A DNA stretch of 64,000 nucleotides from a candidate division BRC1 bacterium HGW-BRC1-1 (GCA_002842095.1 PHCB01000008.1:100879-164878), one strand, 5' to 3'. Numbered from the stretch's first letter, positions 26,201 to 36,120 are shown. Notes: generated by a model not told the origin, from the sequence alone. A program made the numbers and translations.

Positions 26201-28942
26201 TTATCCCAGTGGTGTGGCTGGATCGGCTTTCTGCGTAAACTCTAATCCGGTGCGGGTTGTTGAGGCGACCCCTCCCAGGGTCATTCCCAGCACCTTCTCA
26301 AGGGCCAGCAGCGGATTGACATATACGGTCTCAATTAATGAAACTTGAATGGTTGCGTGAACTATTCCATCCACTTGGTTAATGCTTAGGCTTTTAATGC
26401 TTTGCTTGAGATCGTGTCGAGTGTTTTTCTTGTGACCAAAAATAAGTGCCTCGAAGCTTTCGGCTTCGTGAAATGCCTTCAATTGGGCGGTAATATCAAC
26501 TCCTTGATCGCTCGAGACTTGCCCGCCAAATTCGATCTCGTAGGTTGCCGTGGAGAGAGACGCTGACAGCGAGGGTTCTCCATGAACGGGAACCTCCCAA
26601 GCAGCGGTCCAAGAAAGGCCGTCGAGGGGGATGCTCGAGAGCCTGGTCAACAGATCTTCCGTCGATACTTTTTCGAGCAGACATACGTCCAGAATTTCGT
26701 ATCGACTGGCGAACCCCAGAGGTAGCGGAGGGGTGAAATGCATTTTGGGTTGGCGGTTAAAGCCCTGCGTAAACGCCATGGGAATGTCTGTTCGGCGGAA
26801 TATTAACCTGACCACCTTGGCCATGTCGAGGTGGGAGATGTAGCGTAACCCCTCCAGTTTGGTGAAAGCCAAACGGATGCGTTGGACAGGATCCCTGGAC
26901 CCTTTTGTTGGCGGCGGTGGCTCGGGGGGGGCGTAAAACTCACCAGACTTGCGCTGGGCGAGAAGGTTTTTGACTTCCTTGAAGTCGCAAACTTCACAGC
27001 CAGCGCAACCATTGCGTGAGCAATCTTTGGTTGGGTGAGCTTGTTCGCTATGGATTTTTTCTCCCCAGAGGAAGTCCCGGCCCAGAGAGCTGTCGATATG
27101 GTCCCACGGGAAAGTTTCATTTTCTTCACGCTCACGCGAGGAATAAAATTCGGGATCAATCCCACAATCTGCAAAGGCTTGTTGCCAGCGGTCAAATTGC
27201 AGATGCTCGTGCCAGTTGTCGAATTTACAACCCAGTTCCCATGCGCGAAACACGGCCCTGCCGAGCCGTCGGTCACCTCGGCTCAGGATGCCTTCAAGCA
27301 TAGATTCCTCAATGTTATGGCGCCGAATGGTAACGAAGCGACGGTTGACCCGGGACTCCACATATTTGATCTTGTCTTCAAACTCCGAACGAGTTGGTTG
27401 CTTGTGCCATTGAAATGGCGTATGGGGTTTTGGCACGAACGGCGAGAGACTCACATTGAGTTGGAAGTTTTTTCCACAATACCGTCGCCCCGATTGGATC
27501 GCAGCTTCGGTTAGATCAATGATGCCTTGTAAGTCTTCATCTGTTTCGGTTGGCAGTCCGATCATAAAGTAAAACTTTAATGTGCGCCACCCCTTGCTCA
27601 GCACCGTTTCGATCGTGTCGCGAAATCGTTGCTCATCCACGGATTTATTTATGACCGCGCGAAGTCGGGCTGTTCCGGCCTCGGGAGCGAAGGTGAATCC
27701 GGCTTTCCGCATCTGGTTCATCTCTTCCGCCAAATCCACGTCGAACGCATTGATCCGGAGGGACGGAAGTGAAACCGAAATATTTTGATGGGCCAAACCA
27801 CGGCGAAGAGCCCGGGTTAGTTCCAACACCTCGGAGTAATCAGCGCTTGAGAGCGAAAGCAGAGAGACTTCGTCATAACCAGTGTTCGCGATACCTTGTT
27901 GTGCGATATCGATAATCTGCTGCGGATCGCGTTCTCGCACGGGGCGTGTTATCATGCCCGCCTGACAGAATCGACAGCCCACCGTGCACCCTCGTTTTAT
28001 CTCGATGGCCAGGCGGTCGTGGACAACTCTCATGAGGGGAACCACGGGACGAATCGATCCGGCGGTGGAGGTCACATCGAAATTCGTTTTCTGGATGGTT
28101 GAAGGAACGTCATCACGATTTGGGACGATGCTGCGTAACATACCATCATCGTTGTGCTTGCAATCATAAAATCGGGGGACGTATATCCCGGGGATTTCAG
28201 TGAGTCTTAAAAGAAGAGTTTCGCGATCAGTTGCTTGTGCATCGAAATTGCGCAGCCATGGTTGGCTCTGGTCTGGTGTGTCGAGTTTGTGAGTGGGAAC
28301 TCCCTGGCGTTTTTTCGGTTTGTCGGAGGAAATCGGGTCCTTCACATCAGCCTCTGACTTGCTGTCCTCCATCTGGCTTTCGTGCTTCTTCCATAGCCGC
28401 ACGACCCGAATTATTTGCTGGAATACCCATTCGCCGTCCCCAACCACGAAAGCGTCGATGAAGTCGGACATCAATTCGGGGTTAAACGCGCCATGGCCTC
28501 CGGCAATAATAAGCGGATCGGAATCGTTGCGCTTGCATGAAAATTGGGGGATGCTTGCAAGGTCAAGCATATTGAGGATGTTCGTGTAGTTCATTTCATG
28601 CTGAAGCGTAAAACCCACAATATCAATTTCACAAACACTTGTTTTGCTCTCCAAAGTATAAAGAGGGATTTCGGCCTGTCGCATCTGCTTTTCCATGTCA
28701 TCCCATGGAGCAAAGACACGTTCAGCCGCGACTCCTGGCATCTCGTTGATCAGTTCGTAGAGCACCTTAAAGCCATGGTAGCTCATTCCGATGTCATAAA
28801 CGTCGGGGAAGGCGAGTGCGATTCGGACATCTACTTGATCGGGGCTTTTGAGAATCGTATTAAATTCTCCGCCGATGTATCGGGCGGGTTTGTCCACAAG
28901 GGGTAGAATTGGCGCGAGTCGTTGCAGAGATACCGAATTCAT
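26201..28942 (-). CDS. B12-binding radical SAM protein (TIGR03960-like) fused to a radical-SAM-associated DUF2344/TIGR03936-like domain
   Basis: KPARYIGGE, AFPDVYDIGMS, RGCTVGCRFCQAG (CxxxCxxC), TFAPEAGT, FVPKPHTPFQW; C-terminal YISHLD...AFTQGFN domain. Confidence 0.9.
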   Translation of the reverse strand: MNSVSLQRLAPILPLVDKPARYIGGEFNTILKSPDQVDVRIALAFPDVYDIGMSYHGFKVLYELINEMPGVAAERVFAPWDDMEKQMRQAEIPLYTLESKTSVCEIDIVGFTLQHEMNYTNILNMLDLASIPQFSCKRNDSDPLIIAGGHGAFNPELMSDFIDAFVVGDGEWVFQQIIRVVRLWKKHESQMEDSKSEADVKDPISSDKPKKRQGVPTHKLDTPDQSQPWLRNFDAQATDRETLLLRLTEIPGIYVPRFYDCKHNDDGMLRSIVPNRDDVPSTIQKTNFDVTSTAGSIRPVVPLMRVVHDRLAIEIKRGCTVGCRFCQAGMITRPVRERDPQQIIDIAQQGIANTGYDEVSLLSLSSADYSEVLELTRALRRGLAHQNISVSLPSLRINAFDVDLAEEMNQMRKAGFTFAPEAGTARLRAVINKSVDEQRFRDTIETVLSKGWRTLKFYFMIGLPTETDEDLQGIIDLTEAAIQSGRRYCGKNFQLNVSLSPFVPKPHTPFQWHKQPTRSEFEDKIKYVESRVNRRFVTIRRHNIEESMLEGILSRGDRRLGRAVFRAWELGCKFDNWHEHLQFDRWQQAFADCGIDPEFYSSREREENETFPWDHIDSSLGRDFLWGEKIHSEQAHPTKDCSRNGCAGCEVCDFKEVKNLLAQRKSGEFYAPPEPPPPTKGSRDPVQRIRLAFTKLEGLRYISHLDMAKVVRLIFRRTDIPMAFTQGFNRQPKMHFTPPLPLGFASRYEILDVCLLEKVSTEDLLTRLSSIPLDGLSWTAAWEVPVHGEPSLSASLSTATYEIEFGGQVSSDQGVDITAQLKAFHEAESFEALIFGHKKNTRHDLKQSIKSLSINQVDGIVHATIQVSLIETVYVNPLLALEKVLGMTLGGVASTTRTGLEFTQKADPATPLG

Positions 28943-29032
28943 GAAGGGCGGGAAATCCTCTATAGTTTCGATCCATTACAGCCGGTAAGGAAAAAGGTTC
29001 CCTCAAGACCTGTGGCTATTAATTCCGCTGGT

Positions 29033-29929
29033 TTACGATCCAATGATTTGGGTGGCCACTTCGAACGTGTTCGTATGGATCGCGACTGTATCATCCAGAT
29101 GGCGTGCGTAACCCCCTGCCAGCACGATGACCGTGGGAATGTTCAGGTTCATCGTTTCCTGCAGAATGATTCGGTCTCTTTGCTTCAGCCCCTCAAAGGA
29201 CATCTTTAACGATCCGAGTTCATCGTCCTGAAACATGTCTGCCCCGGCCATATACATGACCATCTCGGGTTTGTGTTTGATGAGCACCTCGGGCCAGATC
29301 GGTTGGAGTGCCGCGAGATATTCCTCGTCCCCTGCTAAGTCGGCTATTCCGATGTCGAGGTCACTGGCCTGCTTGGGAGGATAGGTGCTTTCCTGATGAA
29401 GGGAAAGAGTGAAGACGTCAGGATCATTTCGAAAGATGAAAGCCGAGCCGTTGCCCTGATGCAAATCCAGATCAACAATCATAAAACGCTGCATCTGTTT
29501 CGCTTCCTGGAGCACACGGATGGCAATTGCCACGTCATTCACCAGGCAAAACCCTTCCCCATGGCCGGGAAAGGCGTGATGAAACCCGCCTCCGATATGC
29601 CCGACAATCTTCTCACCTTTGGCGGCGAATTCAGCGGCCAGAATGGTTCCGCCGGCTGACCGAAAATATGCATCCACCACTTCTTCTGTCAGAGGCAATT
29701 CGGCGTGGCAGGTTCTTTCGGTCCATCGCAGACTTTCCAGGTCGTCGAGATACTCCGTCTTATGCACCAGTTCCAACTGTTGGCGGGTGGCACCCTGAGG
29801 CTCGATGAAGTCAGTCGCTTGCGCTAATCCCTTTCCGATCAACCGTTCGCGAACGAGACGATATTTAGAAGTGGGGAAAACGTGCAGACCTATGTCTGCC
29901 TCATAATGGGGGGAATAGACGAATTTCAC
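29033..29929 (-). CDS. Histone deacetylase (HDAC)/AcuC-family deacylase
   Basis: HVFPTSKY, GGGFHHA, GFCLVND, DLDLHQGNG, GADMFQDD, GGY; start at GTG 29929 or 29953. Confidence 0.93.
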   Translation of the reverse strand: MKFVYSPHYEADIGLHVFPTSKYRLVRERLIGKGLAQATDFIEPQGATRQQLELVHKTEYLDDLESLRWTERTCHAELPLTEEVVDAYFRSAGGTILAAEFAAKGEKIVGHIGGGFHHAFPGHGEGFCLVNDVAIAIRVLQEAKQMQRFMIVDLDLHQGNGSAFIFRNDPDVFTLSLHQESTYPPKQASDLDIGIADLAGDEEYLAALQPIWPEVLIKHKPEMVMYMAGADMFQDDELGSLKMSFEGLKQRDRIILQETMNLNIPTVIVLAGGYARHLDDTVAIHTNTFEVATQIIGS

Positions 29930-30000
29930 AACTTCACCAAATCCCAATTTCACCTGTGAGTCCAGCTTAAAACCAACCCTGTCCTGCCCCCCCTGCTATA

Positions 30001-30029
30001 TTGACATCGGCAGGCAGCAGCCGTTCAAT
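30001..30029 (+). promoter_or_regulatory. Sigma70-type promoter for the CARF-HEPN gene
   Basis: TTGACA(30001-30006)-17 nt-TTCAAT(30024-30029), 54 nt before ATG 30084. Confidence 0.55.
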
Positions 30030-30083
30030 CATCACCCTTCTATTGCAGGGATTACTTTTTATCTTTTACCGAATGGACTGAAC

Positions 30084-31298
30084 ATGGCTACCGCTTTGAT
30101 TTGCACGGTGGGAACAACGCTCGAATCCGGGGAGGATCTGGTTGAGCTGTTGAGCAACGAAATCCGCGAACTGGCCCCCGCTTTTGTGCTATTCCTCGCG
30201 TCCCGCGAAAGCAGCGATCACGCCCTTCGCGTAGCGGCGGCTGTGCCTCTGGGTGAATCTGCGTTTGCCATCGTGCAGGTGGAGAGTCCTCACAACATTA
30301 ACGACATCTTCGAGAAAACCAACGACTCCATTCGAGAGTTGCGCATGAGGGGATACGGTCCGGACCAGATCCTGATCGACTACACCACGGGCACGAAGGT
30401 CATGGCGGCCGGAGCCGTGCTGGCTGCGGTGATGAACCAGTGCTGCCAGCTACGCTATCTGTTCTACAACGGCCATGAAACGGAGCGTGTGCTTACGGCG
30501 CCGGAGTCCGTGATGGCGTTTCGCGACCTGCTGCTGGCGCGCCGCCTGATTCGAGAGATGCGATTCCGGTCCGCATACGATCTTCTGTCGCACATCGACT
30601 CCACCGATCTTTCGCCGTATGATGTGGATTCATTGAACGCCTTGCGAGATGTCGCGCTATCCTATCGCCACTGGGATAATTTCCGTTATGAAGAATTTCT
30701 CGAAACCATCCCGAAAGTGCCGACACAGCTCGAACCGATCCAGAAGTTTCTCATAGCCCCGGACACGCTGGAAATGATTCGCACCATAACTGGCGATCTG
30801 GCGGCGGGCCGATATTCGCCGCCGGTACTGGCGGACATGCTGAACAACGCGGAGCGTCGCCTGAGGGAGGGCAAGCTGGACGATGCCGCGGCGAGGGTTT
30901 ACCGCGCGCTGGAGATGTTGAGCCAATGGCTGTTGGCCGAGCAAGGGATTGACACCAACGATGTGGACACCCGCCGCATCCCTCCCCGGTTCCGTGTCAA
31001 TTTTGAGGCGATGCGTTCGCTCGATGAGGGCATTGTGCGGATTGGCATGCGCAAAGCCTTTGAACTGTTAACGATCCTCGAAACACCGGCCGGTCTGCGG
31101 TTCGACGAAAACCGCAACCTTGCCACGCTGTTGCAGCATCGCTCCGATTCGATCCTTGCCCATGGTACCAAGTCCCTGGGCGAAGTAGAATGCGTGGAAC
31201 TGGTCCGCACGGCCCGGGCATTCTTTGTAGAGGAAGTTGAGGGATTCGCCGACCTCTGCAACCAATTGCAATTCCGCTGGCTCGTGGAAGGATTCTGA
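30084..31298 (+). CDS. CARF-HEPN protein, TIGR02710 (Cas02710)-like cyclic-oligonucleotide-activated effector, stand-alone
   Basis: N-terminal ALICTVG strand, CARF motif IDYTTGTKVMAAGA, DMLNNAERR..G..DDAAARVYRALE, C-terminal HEPN-like R-x6-H motif RSDSILAHG. Confidence 0.85.
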   Translation: MATALICTVGTTLESGEDLVELLSNEIRELAPAFVLFLASRESSDHALRVAAAVPLGESAFAIVQVESPHNINDIFEKTNDSIRELRMRGYGPDQILIDYTTGTKVMAAGAVLAAVMNQCCQLRYLFYNGHETERVLTAPESVMAFRDLLLARRLIREMRFRSAYDLLSHIDSTDLSPYDVDSLNALRDVALSYRHWDNFRYEEFLETIPKVPTQLEPIQKFLIAPDTLEMIRTITGDLAAGRYSPPVLADMLNNAERRLREGKLDDAAARVYRALEMLSQWLLAEQGIDTNDVDTRRIPPRFRVNFEAMRSLDEGIVRIGMRKAFELLTILETPAGLRFDENRNLATLLQHRSDSILAHGTKSLGEVECVELVRTARAFFVEEVEGFADLCNQLQFRWLVEGF

Positions 31299-31304
31299 CC
31301 TTTC

Positions 31305-32678
31305 TTATACCGGAGCGGAAAGGCGATCGGCCAGAGTGTGCGCCGTTTTCACCAGATCACCAGCGCCCATGGTAAGAATCAAATCACCCGGCTGAAGGGT
31401 GCCCATAACACATTCCTCAACCTGATCCAGACCCCCCGGGCATTGAACGTGGTGGTTCCCGTTCTGACGAATGTAATTCGCAATGGCCTGGGAATCGATC
31501 CCGTTGATGGGATCCTCCCCGGCGGCATAGACATCGGCCAGAATCACCACATCAGCGTCGCCGAAGGCATGTCCGAATTGTTCGGCGAAGGCTGCTACCC
31601 GAGAATAGCGATGGGGCTGAAATACTGCAACGATGCGGCCCGCGTGACCAAGGCGAGCGGCAGCCAGGGTGGCTTTTATCTCGCTCGGATGATGGGCGTA
31701 ATCGTCCACCAGATGATGATCTTCGGAAAGGGCAAGGGTCTGGAAACGTCTGCCAACACCTTCAAAATCATTCAGCCCCTGTGCGATTGCCTCAAACGGC
31801 AGATCGAGAGTCAGCCCGATTCCCACCACGGCAAGAGCGTTGGAAATGTTGTGCAGGCCTGGCTGGCGCAGGTGGATTTCACCCAATAAGTTGCCATGGT
31901 GACAGACCTCAAACCGACTCCCAAAATCCTCGTGGGTAACCTTGCGAGCAGAGATATCATGCTCGGGGTTAAAACCATACGTTACGCATTTCAAACCCGT
32001 GCAACGTTCCACCACGCGCTTTGCACCCGGATCGTCGGCGCAGTAAATACAGGTCCCACCTGGAATCACGTTGTTCAGATAGCGACAAAAGACATCGTCG
32101 AGTTGCGCGAGGTTCTTGTAAAAATCGGCGTGATCGAGTTCCACGTTGGTCAGAACCGCGATCTCGGATTTGTAATTGACGAGAGAGCCGTCGCTCTCAT
32201 CGGCCTCGATAACGATCCAGTCGCTGTCGTTGGCCCGGGAATTATCCCCAAACGATTTGATGATTCCGCCCACCACATAGGAGGGCGCCACGCCGGCCGC
32301 AGACATGACGGTTGCTGCCATGGAGGTCGTGGTCGTTTTCCCGTGGGTGCCGGCGATGGTTATCCCGCGGCGTGAGTTGACGAGCCAGGCCAGTTTTTCT
32401 GACCGGTGGAAGCGTGGAATACCCATCCGTTTTGCTTCGACCAGTTCGGGATTATCCTCGCGGATGGCGCTGCTCACCACGATTTCAGAGGCATCTTTAA
32501 CGTTTTCAGCGCGGTGGCCGATAAAAACTTCCGCGCCTTTAGCCCGCAGGGCGCTTACTCGTTCGGATTCCTTGGAATCGCTGCCGCTGACGGCAATGCC
32601 GCGCTGCATGAGCAGCAAGGCAATGCCGCTCATGCCTATGCCGCCAATGCCGATAAAATGTATTTTTTCGTTTGTCAT
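31305..32678 (-). CDS. murC: UDP-N-acetylmuramate--L-alanine ligase
   Basis: HFIGIGGIGMSG, GTHGKTTTT, EADESDGS, DDYAHHPSEI, FQPHRYSR. Confidence 0.97.
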   Translation of the reverse strand: MTNEKIHFIGIGGIGMSGIALLLMQRGIAVSGSDSKESERVSALRAKGAEVFIGHRAENVKDASEIVVSSAIREDNPELVEAKRMGIPRFHRSEKLAWLVNSRRGITIAGTHGKTTTTSMAATVMSAAGVAPSYVVGGIIKSFGDNSRANDSDWIVIEADESDGSLVNYKSEIAVLTNVELDHADFYKNLAQLDDVFCRYLNNVIPGGTCIYCADDPGAKRVVERCTGLKCVTYGFNPEHDISARKVTHEDFGSRFEVCHHGNLLGEIHLRQPGLHNISNALAVVGIGLTLDLPFEAIAQGLNDFEGVGRRFQTLALSEDHHLVDDYAHHPSEIKATLAAARLGHAGRIVAVFQPHRYSRVAAFAEQFGHAFGDADVVILADVYAAGEDPINGIDSQAIANYIRQNGNHHVQCPGGLDQVEECVMGTLQPGDLILTMGAGDLVKTAHTLADRLSAPV

Positions 32679-32846
32679 GTCACTTCACAATGGGATTGAA
32701 TGGGAGAGAGCAAGCAGAGCAGGACCCACCGTAAATTGCATGGGGCAGAATAGCAAGGGTTAGTCTGATAACTCGTGTTTCGGGCGGGGATGACTCCCCG
32801 TTGGTTTGACCAGATCGGCTGGCATTTGTTCGCGTTGTGCCGTGTT

Positions 32847-34028
32847 TTATGGGGCAACAGCAGCGTGGCGATGCATTTCTGCGCGGAGAAGATCCGCGTG
32901 GGCTGCCCAGGTAAAGCGGGCCGCGTGATCGCGTCCGGCCACGCCCATGGATTTACGAAGTTCCGGGCGGGTTGCGAGGGTGAAGATGGCGTCGGTAAGC
33001 TCGGAGGCATCCCCGGGCTGCACCAGAATTGTAGATCGGTCTCTCGCGGTCGCTTCGGGTACCCCGCCCCAATCGCTGCCAATGCAGGGCAGCGCCGCAG
33101 CCTGCGCTTCCAGAAAAGAGATGCCGAAGCTTTCGAGAAAATCCCCATCGGGTCGGCTGGGTTGAACGTGCATATTGGCGGCGGCCAGCAGGGGCGGTAT
33201 TTCGTCGTAGCCTATGGGCCCGGTAAACAAAACACGGTCGTTCAAACCCAGAGATTGAGCAAGCGCCTTAAATTCGACTTCTTGCGGCCCTTCGCCTGCG
33301 ATCACATAATAAAGGGGCAGAACCGGATGACGCATTCGCAGGTCGGCCATTGCACGCAGGACATCATCGACGCCTTTTTGATAGCTCAGGCGGCAGATGG
33401 AAACCATCAGCACAGCTTCCTGCGCGGCAACTGGGGCAAAACGGTTCATCAAATTGGTTCGGGAGGACAGGCGCAGAGGGGACAGCTGAGCTTCAGAAAA
33501 GCGGTCGGGTTCTACCCCTGGGTGCACGACCACGACGGACGGCCGCAGAGCCGGATATAGCTTCTCCAAAAGTTTTCGTGTGTTGTGGCTGTTCGTGGCG
33601 AGGAACGCAGCGCGATCGAGCACCGTCCGCATGATGAGCCTGCGAGGGGCCGACTTGTGCTCGGTTTGCAATTCAGTGCCATGCAGATAAATGCAGTAGG
33701 GAACCCGGTGTTTGGTTGCGCTTAACATGACGGGGAGTCCCATGGCGCGGTACGTTGGGCAGAGGGCGAAATCCGGAGCGAAGCTTTTCAGTGCATTGTT
33801 CGTGCGCAGAATGAGCGGAACCAGGCGAAGGATTGCGCGTGCACGAAGGGTGGGACGGTGAAGATTGAGATTTGGTTCTGTCTCAAGAATTTCTTCAGGG
33901 CCCGCATGGGGCGAATAGACCAACACCTCATCACCACCTCGCGCGAGATGCCTCGCCTGTTCATGGGCGACTTTGGCCACACCGCCGGCGTCGGGGGGGT
34001 ATTGAATGGTTGGCAGGAAGATCTTCAT
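32847..34028 (-). CDS. Glycosyltransferase family 4 (PimB-like)
   Basis: YPPDAGGV, HGTEL, RLSYQKG, ESFGISFLEAQAAALPCIG. Confidence 0.9.
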   Translation of the reverse strand: MKIFLPTIQYPPDAGGVAKVAHEQARHLARGGDEVLVYSPHAGPEEILETEPNLNLHRPTLRARAILRLVPLILRTNNALKSFAPDFALCPTYRAMGLPVMLSATKHRVPYCIYLHGTELQTEHKSAPRRLIMRTVLDRAAFLATNSHNTRKLLEKLYPALRPSVVVVHPGVEPDRFSEAQLSPLRLSSRTNLMNRFAPVAAQEAVLMVSICRLSYQKGVDDVLRAMADLRMRHPVLPLYYVIAGEGPQEVEFKALAQSLGLNDRVLFTGPIGYDEIPPLLAAANMHVQPSRPDGDFLESFGISFLEAQAAALPCIGSDWGGVPEATARDRSTILVQPGDASELTDAIFTLATRPELRKSMGVAGRDHAARFTWAAHADLLRAEMHRHAAVAP

Positions 34029-34089
34029 GGGGGAGTTGTGCAGGCAAAACTAAAGCGAAGTTTTCAGAGAAAATAATTGTTTCGGGCAG

Positions 34090-34581
34090 TCATTCCGCCG
34101 CGTTGTTGGCAGGGTCTTTCGCAGATGGTTCCGGGACAATTTCCGGTGGAGGCATAGCCGCAGCCACGGCTTGTTTTATCTGCTCAATTTGCAGTTTTTC
34201 AATTTCCCAAATCTTCAGCACACATTCGCGGGCAGCGGGATAGCCGTCGCACAGGGGCAGTGATTTCTCCGTTTCTGCGACCTCGTTCAACCGGCGCCGG
34301 AGCAGCTCTTTCATCATGTAGGAGATGGACAGATAGTTTGTATCGGCAACCAGTTCGTCGAAAATTCCCGGTTGGGGGACACCGCCCAGCGACATGATCA
34401 ATCGCCCAACAGCGAGGGCCGCTTCGTGGTCTTCTGCGGCCTGCGATACCGCCAGATCCCACAGCGATGCTTTGTCGGGGGCGACGTAGGGAGAACTGAT
34501 GGTGATGTAGTGGGCAAAGGAAAATGTTTTCCGGGTCAGGAGAATCTGAAGATGATCGATGAGTTGCGGGGCAGTAAGCAT
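34090..34581 (-). CDS. Ferritin-like four-helix protein translationally coupled to nuoN
   Basis: Helical pattern with ED..A...GRLIMSLGGVP (ferritin-like LGGxP turn) and NYLSISY; ATG overlaps nuoN TGA (TGATG). Confidence 0.6.
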   Translation of the reverse strand: MLTAPQLIDHLQILLTRKTFSFAHYITISSPYVAPDKASLWDLAVSQAAEDHEAALAVGRLIMSLGGVPQPGIFDELVADTNYLSISYMMKELLRRRLNEVAETEKSLPLCDGYPAARECVLKIWEIEKLQIEQIKQAVAAAMPPPEIVPEPSAKDPANNAAE

Positions 34582-36116
34582 CAGCGCACCGCCAGGGGTG
34601 GCGCTGGTGCTTCGGGGATGGCGATGTCAGCGGGAGGCATCTTACCGGCACCCCGGGCAGCCAGAGCACTGATGGGGGTCCAGTAAAGTTGGATCAGGAG
34701 GATGGGGATGGCGAATGTTATGACGCCAAATCTTTCGAGAACGTTGATTCTGAATCCACCCGTTTCGCGCGTGGGCGGGGAGAAGGTCATCGTGCGAATG
34801 ATGGCGAGATAGTAGAAGGCAGACACCACCGCGTTGAGCACTGCGATCAGAGCCAGACTGTAATAAAACGCCGGCAGGGGCGAGAAGCGCGCCTTCTCAA
34901 GCAGTGCTGCAAATATTTTCCACTTGGCCACAAACCCCGCCGTGGGCGGAATTCCAACCAGCGATATGATGAGAATGGCCATGGCCACCGCGAAGGCAGG
35001 GGACCGATAGAGCACACCTTGAAATGCCGAGATGGCGGTGCTGCCGGTTTTGTTTTGCACGCAGATGACGCCGAGAAAAACGCCGAGGTTCATAATCAGA
35101 TAAACCACGAAGTAGAAGAGGATCGCTTCGAAACTGGTCTGGTTGGCGGCCACAAAACCCGTGAGCATATAGCCCGCGTGGGCGATGGAGGAGTAGGCGA
35201 GAAGGCGTTTGAAATCCGTTTGGCGCAAAGCAACGAAATTGCCAAGGGTCATGGTGAGGATGGAGACGATCCAGAAGATCGTTTCCAGATCGAACCGGTT
35301 GCTCATGATTGTTTCGAAGCGAAGCGTGTCGAAGGGCGCGATTGTGAGGACGCCGAAGAACGGGGCGAGGAAGCGCATGAAAACGGCGAAACCGGCGGCT
35401 TTTGAAGCAATGGAGAGGTAGGCGACAAACGGCGTCGGCGCCCCCTCGTAAACGTCCGGCGCCCAGAAGTGAAAGGGGACGGCGCTCATTTTATAACCAA
35501 AGCCCACCAGAACGAGAACCATCGCCAGCATAAAGGCGGGCAGGTTGGACTGGGATATTTGAACGATGTCGATGAAGTACAGAGAGCCGCTCATGCCATA
35601 AAGCAGGCTGAGGCCGTACAGGAGAATACCCGAGGAGGCTGCTCCGAAGAGGAGGTACTTCAGCGATGCTTCCGCCGCAGGGCGCGAACCCTTGTTGTAT
35701 CCCGCCAGAATGTAGGAGGGGAGAGACAGGGTTTCCAGAGCAAGGAAAAGCATGAGCAGATTGGTGCTGGAAACAAGCAGGTTGGCTGCGGCAGTGGCGG
35801 TGGGGAAAGCCGAGAACAGAATGGTTATAACCGTCGCTGATAAAATCAGGGTCTTGAAGAAGAGGGCAAAACTGTCGGTGGTTATGGTCGCGTGGAAATA
35901 GGTCGCGGTGTCGTTGCCGGTCAGAACCCACTGGAGGATAGTGTAACCCAAAGCCATGGTGGTGCCGAGTAGGGCGATAATGGCAATTCGGGGCGAGCGG
36001 GTTTTTTCGATAAAGAGATCAGCCAAAACCACACCCAGAAGCGTGACCACGAGCAGAAGCTCGGAGCCGATGGCTTGAAGGCCCATCAGGGTTTCCATGA
36101 GGAATTGCTGATGCAT
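34581..36116 (-). CDS. nuoN: NADH-quinone oxidoreductase subunit N
   Basis: FLALETLSL, EASLKYLL, KMSAVPFHFWAPDVYEGAPTP, KRLLAYSSIAHAG; start placed at ATG 36116. Confidence 0.93.
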   Translation of the reverse strand: MHQQFLMETLMGLQAIGSELLLVVTLLGVVLADLFIEKTRSPRIAIIALLGTTMALGYTILQWVLTGNDTATYFHATITTDSFALFFKTLILSATVITILFSAFPTATAAANLLVSSTNLLMLFLALETLSLPSYILAGYNKGSRPAAEASLKYLLFGAASSGILLYGLSLLYGMSGSLYFIDIVQISQSNLPAFMLAMVLVLVGFGYKMSAVPFHFWAPDVYEGAPTPFVAYLSIASKAAGFAVFMRFLAPFFGVLTIAPFDTLRFETIMSNRFDLETIFWIVSILTMTLGNFVALRQTDFKRLLAYSSIAHAGYMLTGFVAANQTSFEAILFYFVVYLIMNLGVFLGVICVQNKTGSTAISAFQGVLYRSPAFAVAMAILIISLVGIPPTAGFVAKWKIFAALLEKARFSPLPAFYYSLALIAVLNAVVSAFYYLAIIRTMTFSPPTRETGGFRINVLERFGVITFAIPILLIQLYWTPISALAARGAGKMPPADIAIPEAPAPPLAVR

Positions 36117-36120
36117 CCGG

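Noticed and set aside
31305-32678. murC outside a dcw cluster as a novelty
   Set aside because: Dispersed murC is common and all catalytic motifs are ordinary
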